Origin: Candidatus Heimdallarchaeota archaeon
GTDB taxonomy: Archaea; Asgardarchaeota; Heimdallarchaeia; Heimdallarchaeales; Heimdallarchaeaceae
NCBI GenBank assembly: GCA_021399345.1
Contig: JAAFKI010000069.1
Span: forward strand, 1 to 33,726
Direction of reading: 5' to 3'
DNA length: 33,726 nt
This document shows, piece by piece, positions 1 to 9,134 of this stretch. Below the pieces are notes generated by a model. That model saw nothing but the letters and a program-made list of their open reading frames with translations. It was not told the DNA's origin and did not search any database. Both the position numbers and the translations under genes were made by a program. Within the stretch, counting starts at the first letter, position 1. Each line of letters starts with the position of its first letter.

Positions 1-345
1 CTAACTGCTGCACACCGTAGTGCTAGGACCAGTGTCTAAGTGTCCTTCTCGGGGCGCTAACTCTCATTACCCCTACCGATCATTGCCTAAGTGATCCTTT
101 ACATCACTTACTAGCTAATCGGCCGCGGCCTCATCCTATGGCAAACCGAAGCCCATTTTAGTATTGGCTCCTTCCAGAATTCCATACCTATCGGGTATTA
201 GTCTTAGTTTCCCAAGGTTATCCCCGTCCATAGGGCAGATTGGCGACGTGTTACTGAGCCTTTCGCCATGCCTCCGAAGAGACATTAAACTTGCATGTCT
301 ATTGCGAATCTGATAGCACCTAGGTCCGGCATGATCAACCGGCTT
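1..345 (-). rRNA. rrs: 16S rRNA, 5' portion (runs off the window start)
   Basis: Minus strand reads AAGCCGGTTGATCATGCCGGA...CATGCAAG...GGCGAAAGGCTCAGTAACACGT...GGGATAACCTTGGGAAACT...CTACGGTGTGCAGCAG, matching conserved archaeal SSU 5'-domain blocks. The exact 5' end is approximate. Confidence 0.97.
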
Positions 346-552
346 CCTGATTCGATTATGATACGATCTATTTGCTATCTTCCATGAATTGAACTATTTT
401 AGCGCACATACACGTACTAGTGTTTTTTGTACATACTAAATTTGTTCCTTAAAATTCTCTAAATTTCTGTAGCATCAGAACATCTCGGAGTTCTTGTTTT
501 CCTTGGAGGTGAGTGTAAAATTCATACAGTACTTTTTTATGTTTTGCAAGGC

Positions 553-840
553 TTTTTTAAGTTATCGTTAAACGGCTTATTGTAGACAGCCTACAATAAC
601 TAATATTGCACACTTGCAGATATGACTACTGTCTCTTCTCTTTTATTGGTTGCTATTTAAGTGTTTTTTGCCTCAACAACAAATCAAACATAAATTCAGA
701 AGAATCAGTAAACGTAAAGGAGCGGATTCTTTTAGCCGAACCCGCTCTAAAGACATGGCTTAACATCCACTCATCAGACGTGAGTCTGATTGTTCGTGGC
801 AATATACTTAAATGGAGTTCGATATATATACTTTGCTCTT
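553..840 (-). promoter_or_regulatory. Candidate tandem BRE/TATA promoters for the rRNA gene
   Basis: Minus-strand purine-rich BRE plus TATA-like boxes: GAGCAAAG-TATATATA (~823-838), CAAAAAACAC-TTAAATA (~654-670), CGATAAC-TTAAAAAA (~553-567). Confidence 0.45.
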
Positions 841-1149
841 TTTCCCGTTATACAGTTTCCATAATATTCACAGTTTAGAGGCTTAAAGTCGGTAAATTAA
901 CTCTGAAAGTATTTGACATAATTTTTTTTTGGAGATTAAAGATAATACTCTAGTACCACCTATGAGAAATAGAGGGTGGTGACAAGAAAAGGATAGTTTA
1001 GCTTTTTTAGCAATTGGGGATTCCTCTATTTCTTTTTTCCTCTGTCCCTTTTTTACGAAGGAATTTTATAGTGAATTCTCTACTTATTTACAAGAATAAT
1101 ATTTGTTAGTAATATATAACCCGAGGAAAGGTTATTGTGGGGATAAAAC

Positions 1150-2832
1150 ATGCTAGATATTGAAGATTTTCAAAAAATAAGGAAGAACGTTTTTGAGTAC
1201 CAAAATAGCTTGCATGATATCATTTCTGATAAAAATTATCTTTCAGATTTGAAGATAGTTTGCGCGAATGAGAAATCATCAGAGGTTACTAAACTTTTAA
1301 GAACAATTATTGATGAACTCAAAGAAAAGCTTGATATTAATTATTTATTCACAATTTACTGGTTATACTATTTACAAACCTATTATTATAATTTTACAGA
1401 GAATGAAGAAGAAGTTAAATCTCAAATAAAGGAAATGGAAGAAATTGCACTTTCAACTAAAAATGTTGAGCATCAAGCAAATGTTTTAACTGCAAAGGCT
1501 CTGTTTAATCAGTTAAAAAGAAATAGCCAGAAAGCTAGGGACCAACTGACTGAAGCAGAACAAATTCTGAAACCTTTCAAAAAAGATTATCTAGAATCAT
1601 ATTATGCTTTACTCTATGCCCATACATTTTATCTATCATTATCAGACAAAGATTATAAATTCGCAATTAGAAACATGAAAAAGTGCTTTGATTACTATTA
1701 TCTTGAGAGTAAGAACTCTTCAGGAATGATTAAATCTCTTACCTTATTACTTAACTATTATATCTTTCTGAATCAAAAAAAGAAAACGGAAGATCTACTA
1801 AAATGGGTTTTTCAAAAAGAAAAAATACAGGATAAAATAACTAGTTCTCAAGCCGTTTTGTTGTATTGGTGTGCGGGGACAATTTCTGCAATTGACCACA
1901 AAATAGAAAATACCATATCCTATCTTAAGAACTCATATGAGAAAATAACATATGAGGGTTTACAGAAAGAGCTGATGTATGAATATACATATACTTTGAG
2001 GCTTTTGAGTAGATATTATGCTTTCCAGGGTAAATTTCAAGAATCCTATGAACTTCTTGTAGAACTTGTTAATTTTATGGAAGATGATTACGTTAAATTC
2101 AATTATATTCAAAAAAACAGAAAAAAAGTATATTTTGGGTCATATTTTACCTTGCTCTTCATCTTTGTCCAACTAGATTTAGATATTGATAATATACAAG
2201 ATAATTCTTTGAAAAAACTCTATAATTATACCAAAAGAACATTATCCAAAAAAAGAATCTCTCAAAAACTTCTCCTTAATGAAACTACAGATAATCAGCA
2301 ATTAAGTGAGCTCCTAGATGATGAAATACACGAATCTAAGGATGATGTTTATCTAGTTCTTCATCAACTTCTTATAACCCATGACTCTTACGCCACTAGT
2401 GAAATAGTTATAGAAGACAAGATTTCTTCCTTACGCGATTATGTACACGATCCACATTATCTTGATATATTGTTGGCAAAAATTTTCCTTTCAAAAGGCA
2501 ATTATAAGAAATTTAACGAAATTTTGAGGAACTTCACGAAAGAAACTGCCGGAAGTAAAGAACCCATTTTATCTATTTGGAAAGACATTTTCAGTTTACT
2601 TTCAAAATATATTAATGATCCTTCTGATATAACAATCGCAGTAGAGCTAAGTAAATTAGAGGAAATGTGTAGAAATAAAAATTTCAATAAAATTGCAGAA
2701 GAAATAAACTTCTACCAAAAACTTGTAGCCTCAAAAAAGACAATAAGTAGCTTCACCGATAAATTCCGACATACAGCCTTTATGGATATTTTCAATGAAG
2801 AATCGAAGAGAATGGTTCTAGATTCAATTTAG
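1150..2832 (+). CDS. All-helical TPR-like protein (560 aa), paralog of 31600..33186; candidate peptide-binding protein
   Basis: Long ORF of amphipathic helices with TPR-like patterns (e.g. LLSRYYAFQGKFQESYELL). Shares CANEKSS, YAxQGK and a C-terminal CRxxxFxxxxxxIxxY segment with the 31600 protein. No TM segment or signal peptide evident. Confidence 0.75.
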   Translation: MLDIEDFQKIRKNVFEYQNSLHDIISDKNYLSDLKIVCANEKSSEVTKLLRTIIDELKEKLDINYLFTIYWLYYLQTYYYNFTENEEEVKSQIKEMEEIALSTKNVEHQANVLTAKALFNQLKRNSQKARDQLTEAEQILKPFKKDYLESYYALLYAHTFYLSLSDKDYKFAIRNMKKCFDYYYLESKNSSGMIKSLTLLLNYYIFLNQKKKTEDLLKWVFQKEKIQDKITSSQAVLLYWCAGTISAIDHKIENTISYLKNSYEKITYEGLQKELMYEYTYTLRLLSRYYAFQGKFQESYELLVELVNFMEDDYVKFNYIQKNRKKVYFGSYFTLLFIFVQLDLDIDNIQDNSLKKLYNYTKRTLSKKRISQKLLLNETTDNQQLSELLDDEIHESKDDVYLVLHQLLITHDSYATSEIVIEDKISSLRDYVHDPHYLDILLAKIFLSKGNYKKFNEILRNFTKETAGSKEPILSIWKDIFSLLSKYINDPSDITIAVELSKLEEMCRNKNFNKIAEEINFYQKLVASKKTISSFTDKFRHTAFMDIFNEESKRMVLDSI

Positions 2833-2900
2833 ACTGATTTGAAAAAGAAATAAGACTAAATTAAATTAAGAAAAGTAAAAAAAAATGGAATTAATCCCTC

Positions 2901-2969
2901 TTAAGGATAATACATGGGAGGAATTATGTCGTCGTCTTCTGTTGGATCATATGTTTGGTTCTTCATCAT
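2901..2969 (-). CDS. Small peptide pepD, MMKNQTYDPTEDDDIIPPMYYP (22 aa; could start at 2981 as MSMSMMK...)
   Basis: Read directly from the minus strand. Same MM..YDP-acidic-hydrophobic-PP-x-aromatic-x-P pattern as three ORFs at 31.3-33.5 kb. Followed by an oligo-T tract (2877-2885, minus strand). Confidence 0.8.
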   Translation of the reverse strand: MMKNQTYDPTEDDDIIPPMYYP

Positions 2970-3061
2970 ACTCATACTCATCGGATAGTAGCTTTTCTGC
3001 TGAATGCAGATTAACTCTCAATATAATACTCGTAAGAAGGTATATAGTGGGCTAGAAAATT

Positions 3062-3075
3062 TTGTGACATCACAA
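3062..3075. promoter_or_regulatory. Inverted repeat TTGTGA-N2-TCACAA between the divergent pepD and HerA-like genes
   Basis: Perfect 6-bp inverted repeat. It overlaps the TGTCAC motif (minus strand, 3064-3069) that also precedes the other peptide genes. Confidence 0.45.
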
Positions 3076-3181
3076 TTATGAAACTGAGCTATTTGCACTT
3101 TTTTTTTGGTATTTTTATATCCTAAGATGGTATCTCTTTTGATTATTTCCTGTACTTTGAATTTCTCAGAAGGGATATACT

Positions 3182-6013
3182 ATGGCTAAAAAGAAGAAAT
3201 CTCAGTTTCGTTATAATTCTAATAAACAAAAACAAACTAATACTAGAAGGATTATTAGAGTGATTCTTCCCTGGATCTGTGTAATTGCTATTGGTTTTGT
3301 TTCTTTTATATTTCTCTTTCCAGAATTACTGAAATTGTTTCCATCTGATTTTTTCGTTTCTATAGCCGCTTTCAGTGAAAAAACTGCTCTTTTCTTGAAA
3401 GGTCTCTTTGTTACTCTCTTTACTAATTTAGCCTTCATTTCCTCAATTTCAGTTATATTTTTAGTTTTTATTGTAGTTAGATTATTACCTTTCTACAACA
3501 TTGAAGATACAGAATTCTACACTCAAAAAAAATTGTTTCTACCCTTCTTTTTTAGAAAGATTGGTGTAGTAATGGTTTCTTCCTCAACAGGAAACGGCAA
3601 CAATAAATTCAGTCACAGTAGCTATTCTAACAAGATTCATGAAGCCTTCATTAATTGTCTTTCATTAAGAACAAAAGATAGAATGTTAGCAATTTATAAA
3701 CATGCTAAGGGAGTAAGCATATTCTTTCCAGTTATTTCTAGAGGTTGGCTAAAGAGTAGAACTAATCAGCGATTAAATCGAGATATTATCTTCATTTCTA
3801 ATTCTATTGAGAGTCACTATGATTGCAGAATCAAAATTTTGAAAGGTGACCAGACTAAAGATCTTGTTCAAGCTCTGAATCAAATGAAAGCCAAGAGTAA
3901 AATTGAATCTTCTTCTGAGTTGATTACTCAATTTAATATGACTGATCAAATGTATAACATTTTTGTTAAGAATGATATAAAGGATACTTGTTTTATCATT
4001 AAGACAGATAAGAAAAGGAGAGAATCCAAGAAGATTGTTTTTGATCTTCTTCTTCTATCTGAAGACAATGCTACAGAGTCATTTATTTTAAATGCGTCTG
4101 GTTTGTCCAAAAAGAAAAGAAAAATTATAACACCTAACAGGGATTTTCTCAGTCTAGTTTTCTCCCCAATTCGTAAGAAAGAATCTGTATTAATTGATGA
4201 TGTCGCTTCCTTAGTGCATGTTCCTATGGCTTATAGGGGTGGATCTTTACCCGTTAGTGCTAAGAAAGATGGTTTTAGCGCTTCTTTTCTAAGGGGTGAA
4301 GATGAACAAATCCTTGTTGGTAAAATGGTAGGTGACAGTGATATGGGAGAAGAGATTTCCCTTAGCTTAAAAGATTTCTTGCTTAATCTTGAAGTTGCAG
4401 GGCAAATTGGTAGAGGAAAATCTTACTTAATCACTTCTGTTATTGGACAACTACTGGAAAATAAGGTCAGTACATTGGTTTTCGATATTAAGGGTGAATA
4501 TGCGAGAACATTCACTGACCACCCAAATGTTGAGATATACACAATTGGAAAACCTCATCCATTATGTTTGAATATTTTTGAAACCACTGATTCTGATGAT
4601 TTACATAATACTTTACTAATTATTGAAGAAATGTTGGTTTCTTCAAATCAAGAGTTTACACCTGCAATGAAGAATCTGTTTGAGAGTGCTCTTATATTGA
4701 CTCACAACTCCCCAAAGAGGAATTTACAAGTCTTTGTGGAGAATATTTTCAAGGTTTCACGCGAATTACAAGCTCATTCCAACATTACCTATTTACAGCA
4801 GACAATAGATGCTGTTTTGAACAGATTGAATTTCATTTTCAATCCGATTAATTTTGAGATTCTAGGGGCTATGAGAACTACTTTGGATCTTTCACTTCTA
4901 GACAAAGGTAAGAGTATTATTCTTGATTTAAGCCAATTTCAAAGAAGGGCGGCAAGACCTTCAGATATTTTTTTAGTGTGTAATTTAATACTCAAAATGC
5001 TCTATAGACAAGCATCTGCAAAAGAAATGACACGCAATTTGAGATATTTAGTAGTTCTAGAAGAAGCAATCAATATAATCCCTAATTTCTATCATTCTGA
5101 AAGTTCTGCATCTTTAATTACTGCTGAAAATAATTTTTTATTAGGAAGAAGCCTAGGTATAGGACACATCACAATATTTCAGATGTGGGATAGTGTAAGC
5201 AAAATTGTTCATGGTAATTCTGCTACTAAGTTTGTATTTAGATCAAGTGAAAAAACAGATATTATTGCTAAGGCTCTAAATTTGGAAGAAGATGAAATAT
5301 CTAACATCCAGAGCTTACCTTCACGACATTGTTTCTTGTTCTTCGAAGGTTCAGATTCTGCTGTAAAGATTCAAACACTAGACTTAATAACAGATCCCAT
5401 TAGTTTTGCAGAATACCAGTCAAAAATGTTAAAAAAATATGGTAGAAGCGTTTTTCCTTTGTTGTTTAAAAGCTTCATAGATATGAGAACTTCAATTTTT
5501 CAACAGAGCAACGCAAATGCTATTGGAAGAGGCAAGAAATTAGCAAGCAAAAAACATGATCTATCGCAAAACAAATTGAATAGTTTCATATCAAAAGACG
5601 TATCGAAAATTGATTCTAACAAGAAAATGATTATAGAAAAAGATACTTTAGATTTCATTTCCTCCGCTGGACTATTGCCTGAAAATCTGATATGCGAACA
5701 ATTGTGTTTTCAAGAGGATAGCGAGAAAAACTGCTTAAAGTATAACATGGGTGCAAAAGTTGTGAAATCCACTATACTCAATGAATGTTCCACTGAGGAG
5801 ATTTCTATTTTGCTTACTGATGTGGGAGGACTTCATTCCTTGATTTCCGCAATATCTACGAAGAGAAACCTTGAGTTCGATGAAAATCTAGTCTTTTGTA
5901 CAGTAAAAACTTTGGTTGTGGACTTTATTTCAGAGAATATCCTGACTCCAAATGAAGCTTATAGCATTCTCACAAGATTCTCTTTTGGGATTAAAGAGAC
6001 AACAAATCCTTAA
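3182..6013 (+). CDS. Membrane-anchored HerA/FtsK/VirB4-superfamily ATPase
   Basis: Two N-terminal hydrophobic segments, Walker A GQIGRGKS, VFDIKGEY (HerA/DUF87-type), Walker B VVLEEA, GRSLGI arginine-finger region, GNSATKFVFR. Confidence 0.8.
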   Translation: MAKKKKSQFRYNSNKQKQTNTRRIIRVILPWICVIAIGFVSFIFLFPELLKLFPSDFFVSIAAFSEKTALFLKGLFVTLFTNLAFISSISVIFLVFIVVRLLPFYNIEDTEFYTQKKLFLPFFFRKIGVVMVSSSTGNGNNKFSHSSYSNKIHEAFINCLSLRTKDRMLAIYKHAKGVSIFFPVISRGWLKSRTNQRLNRDIIFISNSIESHYDCRIKILKGDQTKDLVQALNQMKAKSKIESSSELITQFNMTDQMYNIFVKNDIKDTCFIIKTDKKRRESKKIVFDLLLLSEDNATESFILNASGLSKKKRKIITPNRDFLSLVFSPIRKKESVLIDDVASLVHVPMAYRGGSLPVSAKKDGFSASFLRGEDEQILVGKMVGDSDMGEEISLSLKDFLLNLEVAGQIGRGKSYLITSVIGQLLENKVSTLVFDIKGEYARTFTDHPNVEIYTIGKPHPLCLNIFETTDSDDLHNTLLIIEEMLVSSNQEFTPAMKNLFESALILTHNSPKRNLQVFVENIFKVSRELQAHSNITYLQQTIDAVLNRLNFIFNPINFEILGAMRTTLDLSLLDKGKSIILDLSQFQRRAARPSDIFLVCNLILKMLYRQASAKEMTRNLRYLVVLEEAINIIPNFYHSESSASLITAENNFLLGRSLGIGHITIFQMWDSVSKIVHGNSATKFVFRSSEKTDIIAKALNLEEDEISNIQSLPSRHCFLFFEGSDSAVKIQTLDLITDPISFAEYQSKMLKKYGRSVFPLLFKSFIDMRTSIFQQSNANAIGRGKKLASKKHDLSQNKLNSFISKDVSKIDSNKKMIIEKDTLDFISSAGLLPENLICEQLCFQEDSEKNCLKYNMGAKVVKSTILNECSTEEISILLTDVGGLHSLISAISTKRNLEFDENLVFCTVKTLVVDFISENILTPNEAYSILTRFSFGIKETTNP

Positions 6014-6069
6014 TCATACTCTCGCATTTGATAAGATTTAAAAGCAGACATTCTTTTCTTCTCTTAAGT

Positions 6070-6115
6070 TCTGACCACGCTGACCGTTGTCAATGGGCTT
6101 AACGGAAGTGGTAGA
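6070..6115 (+). promoter_or_regulatory. 5'-UTR hairpin with kink-turn-like internal loop upstream of rpl1
   Basis: ACCAC(6074-78)/GTGGT(6108-12) and CCGTT(6084-88)/AACGG(6101-05) stems are separated by a GCTGA/AA internal loop. A TATA-like TTTAAAA lies at ~6037-6043 and an SD-like GAGGCTGA at 6114-6121. Confidence 0.5.
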
Positions 6116-6126
6116 GGCTGATACTT

Positions 6127-6768
6127 ATGGTAGAACAAGAACTTAAAATTGCAATTGAAAAAATGAAAAAAGATTCACCTGCTCGTAAGTTTGTTGAATC
6201 AGTTGATATAGCAATCAATTTCAAAGATATTAATCTTCAGGATCCTTCAAAGAGGTTTCAGATGGACGTTAGACTTCCTCACCCTCTAGAGAAAGATGTT
6301 AAGATTTGTGTGCTTGGAGAAGGATCGCATCTAGTAGACGCTGAATCAGCAGGAGCAGCTAGAATCATCAATAAAGATGAATTGGACAACATTAGTAGAG
6401 AACCTAAGATAGCAAAGAAATTAGCCCAACAATATGATTTCTTTATCGCAACAGCTTCATTGATGCCAACCATTGGTAGAAGTTTGGGAAAGTTCCTTGG
6501 TCCTCGCGGTAAAATGCCTAGACCTTTACCCCCAACTGCACCAATCAAACCACTCATCAATGACTTTCAAACAACAATACAAATCCGTCTGAGACAATCC
6601 CCCGTAATTCATGCTAGGATTGCTACTATAGCTATGGAAAATGATTCTATAGTTGAGAATGCATTGACTGTAGTAAGAAACATTGAAAACAGACTCGAAA
6701 AAGGGGAAAATAACATACGTACGATTTACATTAAATCTACAATGGGTCCTGCAATAAAGGTTAAGTAG
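6127..6768 (+). CDS. rpl1: 50S ribosomal protein L1 (uL1)
   Basis: RKFVESVDIAIN and LGKFLGPRGKMP motifs; C-terminal KSTMGP. Confidence 0.97.
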   Translation: MVEQELKIAIEKMKKDSPARKFVESVDIAINFKDINLQDPSKRFQMDVRLPHPLEKDVKICVLGEGSHLVDAESAGAARIINKDELDNISREPKIAKKLAQQYDFFIATASLMPTIGRSLGKFLGPRGKMPRPLPPTAPIKPLINDFQTTIQIRLRQSPVIHARIATIAMENDSIVENALTVVRNIENRLEKGENNIRTIYIKSTMGPAIKVK

Positions 6769-6776
6769 GTGGCAAA

Positions 6777-7793
6777 ATGTCAACCGTAAAAGTTTCTGAA
6801 AAGAAAAAACAAATAGTTGAGAAACTGAAGAACGATCTCACATCCCATCCCATTATTGGACTCGTTAGGATTGATAATATCAATGCAAGCGTTGTTCAAA
6901 GAATGAGAAAAGATTTACGAAAGGATGCTAAAATTGTTATGGCTAGAAATAGCTTAATGAGAATCGCTATTTCTGATTTGAAGAAAAAGGTTCCAGGTAT
7001 TGAAAAACTATTAGAATACGTTGTTGGTTCCTGCGCATTCTTGCTAAGTGAAACAAATCCCTACAAATTAGCTACTTTCATGGATGAGAATAAAGTACCC
7101 GCACCAGCAAAAGCTGGACAATATGCACCTAATGATATCATAATTAGACCAATGAATACAGGAATCCCTCCTGGACCTGTCATTGCTGAATTACAGTCAT
7201 TAGGACTCAAAACAAGGATTGAAGGGGGACAAATACGTATCGCAGAGGAAGCGATTGTAACTGAAGAAGGTGACCGTGTAAATAGAACTGTTGCTCTTCT
7301 TTTAAGAAGATTAGATATAAATCCCTTTCAAACTGGTTTAAGTTTTGTTGTTGCTTTTGAAGACGGGGAAATCATTCCTGGGGATGCTTTGTTACTTGAT
7401 TATGAGCAATATAGAGTAAATGTTCAATGGGCTTACAATTCTGCTTTGAATCTAGCGGTTAATGCTGGATTTATAACAAAACAAAGTTTGTTGTTGATAC
7501 TTTCAAATGCTCATCAATTAGCTCTCAATGTTTCAGTTAATGCTGGATTTATAACTAAGAAATCTCTGGCATTAATTCTCACAAAAGCAGTTCGAGGATC
7601 TCTTTCTGTCGCAGCTTCTGTAGCAGAAAAAGATTCAAGAGCTTTATCAGACAAAGCTCAGGCTAAACTTTCTGAAACTCCAAAAGTTCAACAGACTGAA
7701 ACTTTTGTAGCAAAAGAACCCGAGGAAGAATCTGAGAAAGAACCCGAGGAAGAACCCGAGGAAGATCTAGGGTTAGAATCGTTATTTGGATAG
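6777..7793 (+). CDS. rplP0: 50S ribosomal stalk protein L10/P0 (uL10)
   Basis: QRMRKDLR, APAKAG and NTGIPPGP motifs; repeated ALNxxVNAGFITK stalk-dimer-binding helices; acidic tail ending GLESLFG. Confidence 0.97.
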   Translation: MSTVKVSEKKKQIVEKLKNDLTSHPIIGLVRIDNINASVVQRMRKDLRKDAKIVMARNSLMRIAISDLKKKVPGIEKLLEYVVGSCAFLLSETNPYKLATFMDENKVPAPAKAGQYAPNDIIIRPMNTGIPPGPVIAELQSLGLKTRIEGGQIRIAEEAIVTEEGDRVNRTVALLLRRLDINPFQTGLSFVVAFEDGEIIPGDALLLDYEQYRVNVQWAYNSALNLAVNAGFITKQSLLLILSNAHQLALNVSVNAGFITKKSLALILTKAVRGSLSVAASVAEKDSRALSDKAQAKLSETPKVQQTETFVAKEPEEESEKEPEEEPEEDLGLESLFG

Positions 7794-7802
7794 GTGAAAA
7801 AT

Positions 7803-8108
7803 ATGGAATATGTATATGCAGCATTAATACTTCATGAATTAGGTGAAAATATTACTCAAACAAAGGTAAAAGGAATACTTGAAGCCGCTGGAGCAAAAAT
7901 AGATGAATCTCGAATTAAAGCTTTAGTAGCAGCCTTGAAAGACGTTAATATTGAAGAAGCTTTGAAAGCTACTGTTATGGCTGCTGCACCAGCTGCAGCA
8001 TCTTCTGGAGCTGCAAGTGATAAAGCAGCACCCGCAGAAGCTAAAGAAGAAAAAGAAGAAGAACCAGAAGAAGATGCCGATTTAGGCCTAAGCGCTCTAT
8101 TCGGTTAG
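7803..8108 (+). CDS. rpl12: 50S ribosomal stalk protein L12/P1
   Basis: MEYVYAALILH N-terminus (ATG 7803 after SD AGGTGA at 7792), Ala-rich hinge, acidic tail GLSALFG. Confidence 0.96.
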   Translation: MEYVYAALILHELGENITQTKVKGILEAAGAKIDESRIKALVAALKDVNIEEALKATVMAAAPAAASSGAASDKAAPAEAKEEKEEEPEEDADLGLSALFG

Positions 8109-8127
8109 AATTTTCTATTTCCTTCTT

Positions 8128-8173
8128 ATTTTCTTTTTCAATATCTTTTTATTTTCTTTTTCAATATCTTTTT
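8128..8173 (+). terminator. Two perfect tandem copies of 23-bp ATTTTCTTTTTCAATATCTTTTT; likely oligo-T terminator of the r-protein operon
   Basis: 8128-8150 is identical to 8151-8173 and lies between convergent genes. Confidence 0.55.
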
Positions 8174-8489
8174 ATTTATTTTTTAAAAAAACATTAAATG
8201 CATCGATAATATTTTCGCATTTTTCTAATGCGTGGTAAATTTCCAGATCAGAAAATTCAGTTTCTTGAACGGCACTTGAGCTAAGTGAGGCTACCCTTGA
8301 TCTTCTAATTTCACCTCTTCCGTCAATCGAAACGATTAATGTATGATCATCTGCGTGCATTAAAACAAAGTTAAACAACTGACTATCTCTTAAATTTTCC
8401 AATTGCTTTCTTTCAATTTTACATTCTAGCATTTTTCCACAATGGTCACAACTGACTGTTTTGTGAATAAATTTGTCAATATTTCTCAT
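8172..8489 (-). CDS. Small putative Zn-binding protein, last gene of the KaiC-GTPase operon
   Basis: CDHC plus HxxxH (HADDH) and a SIDGRGEIR segment; co-oriented 24 bp downstream of the GTPase. Confidence 0.65.
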   Translation of the reverse strand: MRNIDKFIHKTVSCDHCGKMLECKIERKQLENLRDSQLFNFVLMHADDHTLIVSIDGRGEIRRSRVASLSSSAVQETEFSDLEIYHALEKCENIIDAFNVFLKNK

Positions 8490-8513
8490 CTGATTACCTA
8501 TCTTTCTATTTGA

Positions 8514-9125
8514 CTAGAAGCTCTGATATTTTGATACTAGCTCATCAGCTAGATTTTGTTCCTTGTTTATTATCTGGTCGACAATATACTCAAATGGTTC
8601 TGAAACATTGCCTGATAAAAGGCCACTCACAAGAAAATGCTTTTTGATATTATAATTCTTCATGAAATCGTGGATATCTTCTATAGATACTTCCGAATCT
8701 TCTAAGTCAAGCTTGTTTCCAACTAAAACTTCTGGAATTTTAGGATAGAAGTGATTAGCTAAGTAATTACGGGTTAGATCAACAAATTCATTCAAATAGG
8801 CTAGGGTTTCTATATCAGTAATATCATAAACATACATTACACCTTTAACTCCACGTAGGAAAACATCAATCATGAATCGAAATTGTTTTTGCCCAGCAAA
8901 ATCCCAAATCTGTAGAGTTACTGTACGACCTTGGTAAACTATTCTTTTCACTGTAATGTCTACACCTTTTGTCATTGAAATTTGGTTTGGGTCATCAAGT
9001 TCCCCTGAATAGCTCTTAGATATTGTAGTTTTTCCCACTGAACCTAATCCCAATACGGCAATTTTCAATATATTGTCATGTTTTGAGTTTTGAGGGAGTG
9101 TTGTATTCATCATAATCATATCCAA
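8514..9125 (-). CDS. Ras-superfamily (Rab-like) small GTPase
   Basis: G1 GLGSVGKT, G2 TKGVD, G3 LQIWDFAGQ, G4 GNKLD, G5-like VSGL. No C-terminal Cys prenylation motif. Confidence 0.93.
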   Translation of the reverse strand: MDMIMMNTTLPQNSKHDNILKIAVLGLGSVGKTTISKSYSGELDDPNQISMTKGVDITVKRIVYQGRTVTLQIWDFAGQKQFRFMIDVFLRGVKGVMYVYDITDIETLAYLNEFVDLTRNYLANHFYPKIPEVLVGNKLDLEDSEVSIEDIHDFMKNYNIKKHFLVSGLLSGNVSEPFEYIVDQIINKEQNLADELVSKYQSF

Positions 9126-9134
9126 AAAAAATAT

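Noticed and set aside
606-878. 90-aa plus-strand ORF
   Set aside because: TTG start, antisense to the rRNA promoter/leader region, no motifs.
875-919. Minus-strand 14-aa ORF MSNTFRVNLPTLSL downstream of a TGTCAC (~979-984) near the first TPR-like gene
   Set aside because: It lacks the YDP/PP family signature and the TATA spacing does not match. It could be a decayed promoter copy, but that is not supportable.
7440-7770. Internal repeats in rplP0 (GTTAATGCTGGATTTATAAC twice; GAACCCGAGGAA three times)
   Set aside because: Expected P1-dimer-binding helices and acidic hinge of archaeal P0.
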